Positions 26,801 through 30,961 of a stretch of 64,000 nt of DNA are shown in pieces. A program made the position numbers and the translations under genes. The notes under the pieces were generated by a model that saw nothing but the letters and a program-made list of their open reading frames with translations, had not been told where the DNA came from and made no database searches. This DNA is from Candidatus Omnitrophota bacterium (lineage in GTDB: Bacteria > Omnitrophota > Gorgyraeia > B26-G9), in the NCBI GenBank assembly GCA_043806135.1, contig JAZDHG010000098.1, forward strand, positions 1,660-65,659, read 5' to 3'. Each line of letters opens with the position of its first letter. Positions within the stretch are counted from its first letter, which is position 1.

Positions 26801-29800
26801 GCTGATTGGTCCAAAGCACAGGATGCAGGAGCAAGGCCGGCTCGTTATATAATTGAAGCTTTAGCTATTCTTTTATATTTTCCATTTAGCGGTTGGATGG
26901 CAGCAGCTTTTGGTATTACAGCAGTTGTAGAGATTGCGATAGCTAAATTCATTCCGTCGCCGATGTACGGGCCGGATTTAAGATCAAGATTATTCCGCTA
27001 TATTGGATGGGGATCTTTGCTGTTATCCGGGTCATTCTTACCTTTAACCGGAGCCGTATCTATAGGATTTTACGCTCTGGTGATGTTGGCTATTACTGCA
27101 GAAATTTTCTGGGCAATATTTAATAAAAAACCATTATTTTCTTTGATCAGAAGCAAGGAACTAAAAAGTCCAGGGACAGAAGCTACTTTTCAAAAAGGTG
27201 AAGATTTCGATTCAAGAGCAAGTCAAACACAACGCGATACTATAGCTGGCTACACGAGAGAGAAAATAAGATACTATCGTGGTCTTAAATGGGGTGATAG
27301 CCTGGTTGATATTGATAATATCAGTACAGAAGTGCTGGATAAAATATTTGCTTCTGTTGAAATAAGAGCCCTATATGATGCAAATAAAGAAAAGTTAAGA
27401 AATATACGCAGGAACAATACTGAATACGAGAGCCTTAAAGAAACAATATGGGCTGGTATTTCAGCGCAGGAGCAGGAACTTTGGCTGACTGATAACAACA
27501 ACGATGAAAATCAGGCAAAGCAAGCGCTATATGAATATATGCAGGCATATGACCAGCATATATTGAAAAGTATGAAATATGAGGCAGAGGAGATAGTTCT
27601 GCCTGCTGTTTTAAATAGCCTGACTTCAGACATGAGGGCAATCAGAAGAATTAAGGCAGGGGTAACAAGCGGAGAGCTTGAGCAGCAGGTTTTAGATAGC
27701 AAAGCAGCTGACTTAAGAGAAAAATTTTGGAACGCTTTACCAGTTGAAATACAGCAATATCTGCTGTTTACAAATAATTTTGACAGGGAAGCTGTTTTAG
27801 ATCAGCTAATGAAAAAGCTTGAAGAAGTTACTAACGATAAAATTAAAGCTGATTTTAATAGAATCAAGGACTATATTGTTCCTCAAATAGTAGGACGCTA
27901 CAAACGACAGTTGATTGATGTTATAACTGGCAGGGTAGAGAAAAACAGCATTTTAAATTTTTATTATGTGGATAGTCTAATGAATATTCTTGATGAGATA
28001 ACAAGTTATGACAAGCAAGCATCAATTGATTTGTTGTTTGGATTGCTTTTGAGAGGGTTGCATAATTCATTAATTCCGGATATTAAACCCAAAGTCATAA
28101 TTGAAAAATTAATAGATAAGGGGTTAGATGAAGGACAGCTTGCTAAGATCAATTGGCTTACCGAGGTGTTGAGTAATGAAGAGATTGTCAATTTTGTAAG
28201 ATTGAACAGAACTAGTATTAGAATGGCTAAGTATGATAATGATTTAATACGAGAAATTGAATTGACCAGAGAATTGCTGGATTTGGTTGAAGGTATTAAT
28301 CCGGATGTTTTAAATAAGCTTAAGAGTATTTTTGAATCAGATGAGGAAGCACAAGCTTATCTATTCACAAGCTTGGATATAATAATTATCAAAGGAGCAA
28401 TTAAAAACATAAATGAATTCAATAATTTAAAAGAGAATGAAACAAGCAAACAATTATTCAATGAATTTGTATCTTCAAACTGGCAATATTTCTTAAGTGC
28501 TCATTTTTCAAATGACAATAATGCTGAGAAGTATTTAAAAGCTGCTTCCTGGGATATGTTGCCTTTAGATATAAAGGAAGCATATCTAGATATTGCTAAA
28601 GGTGATTTAGAATTAGCAAAAAAACTAGCTGTTGAAGGAAAAGGATGCAGTTACGCTACAGTATTAGGAACAGCTAAAGATAAAATTAAAAAAATATCGG
28701 AGGGATTGAAATCAATTAATAATGAAGAAAGAGATGATTTGCTGCGCTGGTTATCATCTGTTGGCGGAATTCAGGAAGTACAGACTGTTGAATCAGCATG
28801 GCTTCTCCAAAGGATAATAATAATGCTCGATGCAAATAAAGATAATTTTAAGGGTTTATTTAATGCAGATGATTTAAACATATTTATAATTGAGTTAATT
28901 ATTGCTAGCTCTGGAATTACTTCAAGAAGGTCCGAAATTGAGCAGGAATTGAGATTAGTTGTTAACACTTATTTAGCAATTCTTAATGAGGGGCTTGATA
29001 TAGATGCGTATATATTAAGCAAAGATGAACAGGGTCTTAAGAATAAATTGGTGAATACAGCGATTTTCTTATTTGGTAAAGTACTTGATGATTATCTTAA
29101 TTTCGAGAAATTGGCCTCTAATTATGGGCAGATAACTAATGAAATTAAAGAAGCATATCTTAATCAGCTTTATGCGGATTACGGGTTGACCGGTGTTGAG
29201 CCTATGCCGGTATGGATGTCTGAAATTGCGCGTGCACTTAAAAACCATATTTTAGACAGGCCATATCCTACATTTGATGGTTTTGTAAAGGAAATCTTTG
29301 ATGCTTTAAAAGCGAAATTACCCAATGATTCAGGTAAGCCTGGCGCACCGGTCACTTCTGCAGATTCGCCTGATAATCCAAATGCTCCTGCCCCTGGTAC
29401 AGGTACAGAAGTTGTTTATCAGGAAAGTACAGCGGATACTGGTACAACAGGAGCAGAATCTAAAGTTGAAGAGATTATTGACTTAACACCTGAGATGATG
29501 GTTAGACCTGAAGAGGATAAAATTATTGACCTTGTAGATGTTGTTGAAGAACGTGAATTACCGGTTCCGGATAAGGGAGACATAACTGAAGAGGAAGCTC
29601 TTGAAGGGGATGTTGATTTAGTTGCGTATAGGAAATCATTAGAAGAACCTGACCAGGCTGTTATGGATGCTTTAGATGAAATCCTTATTAATGAGCCGAT
29701 GGCTGAAGAACCTGATCTGGATGCTGCTGTAAATATAATGGAAACATATCTTATGGAGATAGAACGTCAATTAGGCGAAGAAACGCGTAATGGATTTAGA

Positions 29801-30283
29801 GACTTTGTGGAGGAGTTTGGCTTTGGTGATTTAATAAAAACGCAAACAGAGCAGATTGTGAGATTATTGCTTATACTCTATATGGTTAGTAAAGAAGTAA
29901 CGATTAATATATTTGATTTACCCGATGATCCGGCTGGTTTTATAAATGCCATGGAACATCTCAATATTAATTATAAAGCGATTGAAGATGAGATTATTAA
30001 CACTGATTTGAATGTTAAGGCAAAACTTGAAAGCGGGCAATCAGTAGGACTCTTTAATGGTTTATTAGAGATAAGGGTTAATGAAAGAGGTCAAGATAAG
30101 GTTTTGGTATTAACAGTTTCAGAGTCTGCTGACAAAGAAAAGATCATTGACTTAACACCGGAGATGATCATTAAGCCTGAAGCTCAAAAGGCTACTGAAG
30201 ACGCTTTAGATAAGGCAATACCCGGAATTGAGAAAAAATTAACGCTTGAAGATACCAGAGAGCTTATTGGTAATGCAATTTAG
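2894..30283 (+). CDS. giant multidomain protein (9129 aa): signal-like leader; embedded SecA-like ATPase motor; two M23 peptidase-like and two LysM-like modules; ~9 tandem repeats; polytopic membrane domain
   Basis: Uninterrupted 27.4-kb ORF. A good RBS (AGGTGA) sits 5 nt before the ATG at 2903, which is the likely true start; the GTG at 2894 is in frame. The SecA hallmarks span nt ~3830-5950. They include [110 protein letters not shown]...[76 protein letters not shown] and an HSD-like [25 protein letters not shown]. M23 motifs: HQGFD...CLHFE (7046-7345) and NPGVD...VLHFE (7966-8265). LysM-like segments lie at 7577-7745 and 9370-9566. TM helices lie at 21950-22020, 23800-24010 and 25806-27130. 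Confidence 0.85.
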   Translation: [9129 protein letters not shown]

Positions 30284-30498
30284 AAAAAGAGTAGCGAGTA
30301 GCAAGGAGCAAGTAGCGAGAAAAAAGAACGAAGACCGAAGGACGAGAAATAAGTTATGAATGACGAATTATGAATTATGAGTGAAAAGCTGAGGTATTGT
30401 AGCAAAAGTAACAGAATAAGAAAAACAAAGACACGAGAGAGTATTTTTTACTATCAGCCATGAGCTATTAGCTATCAGCTGATTACGGAGTAATCACA

Positions 30499-30858
30499 AT
30501 GGATAAAGAAAGACGTTACAGCATAAGAAAAGAAGCACGCAATATTTCCGTAAGCCTGCGTCCGCTTGACCCTAGCGTGTGGTTTCGTTGCTGGAATGGA
30601 ACAGAATGTATTATACGTGATATGAGTATGGTCGGAGTAGGAGTATTTTCAAAAGAGAATATACCTCAAGGGACGCCTTTGAGCGTTGATTTGCGTCTTG
30701 GCGAAAGTGCCGCTACCATCCGTATTTTCGGAAAAGTGGCATGGGTTATAAAGGAAGAAAACTGCTTCAGATCCGGAGTGAGCTTTTCCTGGTGGAAGGA
30801 TGACCAGGACAAAAAAATCGCCGGCACCTTTCTTGAAAAACTATCGTCTATTAACTGA
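30499..30858 (+). CDS. PilZ domain protein (c-di-GMP-binding family)
   Basis: N-terminal ERRYSIRK (RxxxR-like) followed by DMSMVGVGV (D/NxSxxG-like). Size 119 aa is typical of stand-alone PilZ. RBS ACGGAG upstream. Confidence 0.65.
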   Translation: MDKERRYSIRKEARNISVSLRPLDPSVWFRCWNGTECIIRDMSMVGVGVFSKENIPQGTPLSVDLRLGESAATIRIFGKVAWVIKEENCFRSGVSFSWWKDDQDKKIAGTFLEKLSSIN

Positions 30859-30961
30859 AAGATGTAATTCTCTAGCATAAGACAGTTTTTCAACCCCAAT
30901 CCTAAATCCACAATCTCATGATTTCTTGACACCCCCCACCAATTCAATCTAAAATATAGCT

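Noticed and set aside
2894-30283. Possibility that the 9129-aa ORF is a chimeric or mis-joined assembly of a housekeeping secA with neighbouring genes
   Set aside because: The reading frame is continuous for 27.4 kb in AT-rich DNA where stops arise quickly by chance. The SecA-like part lacks its own start and is preceded in frame by 290 codons including a signal-like leader. I cannot exclude a sequencing frameshift without reads, so this is flagged as a check rather than assumed.
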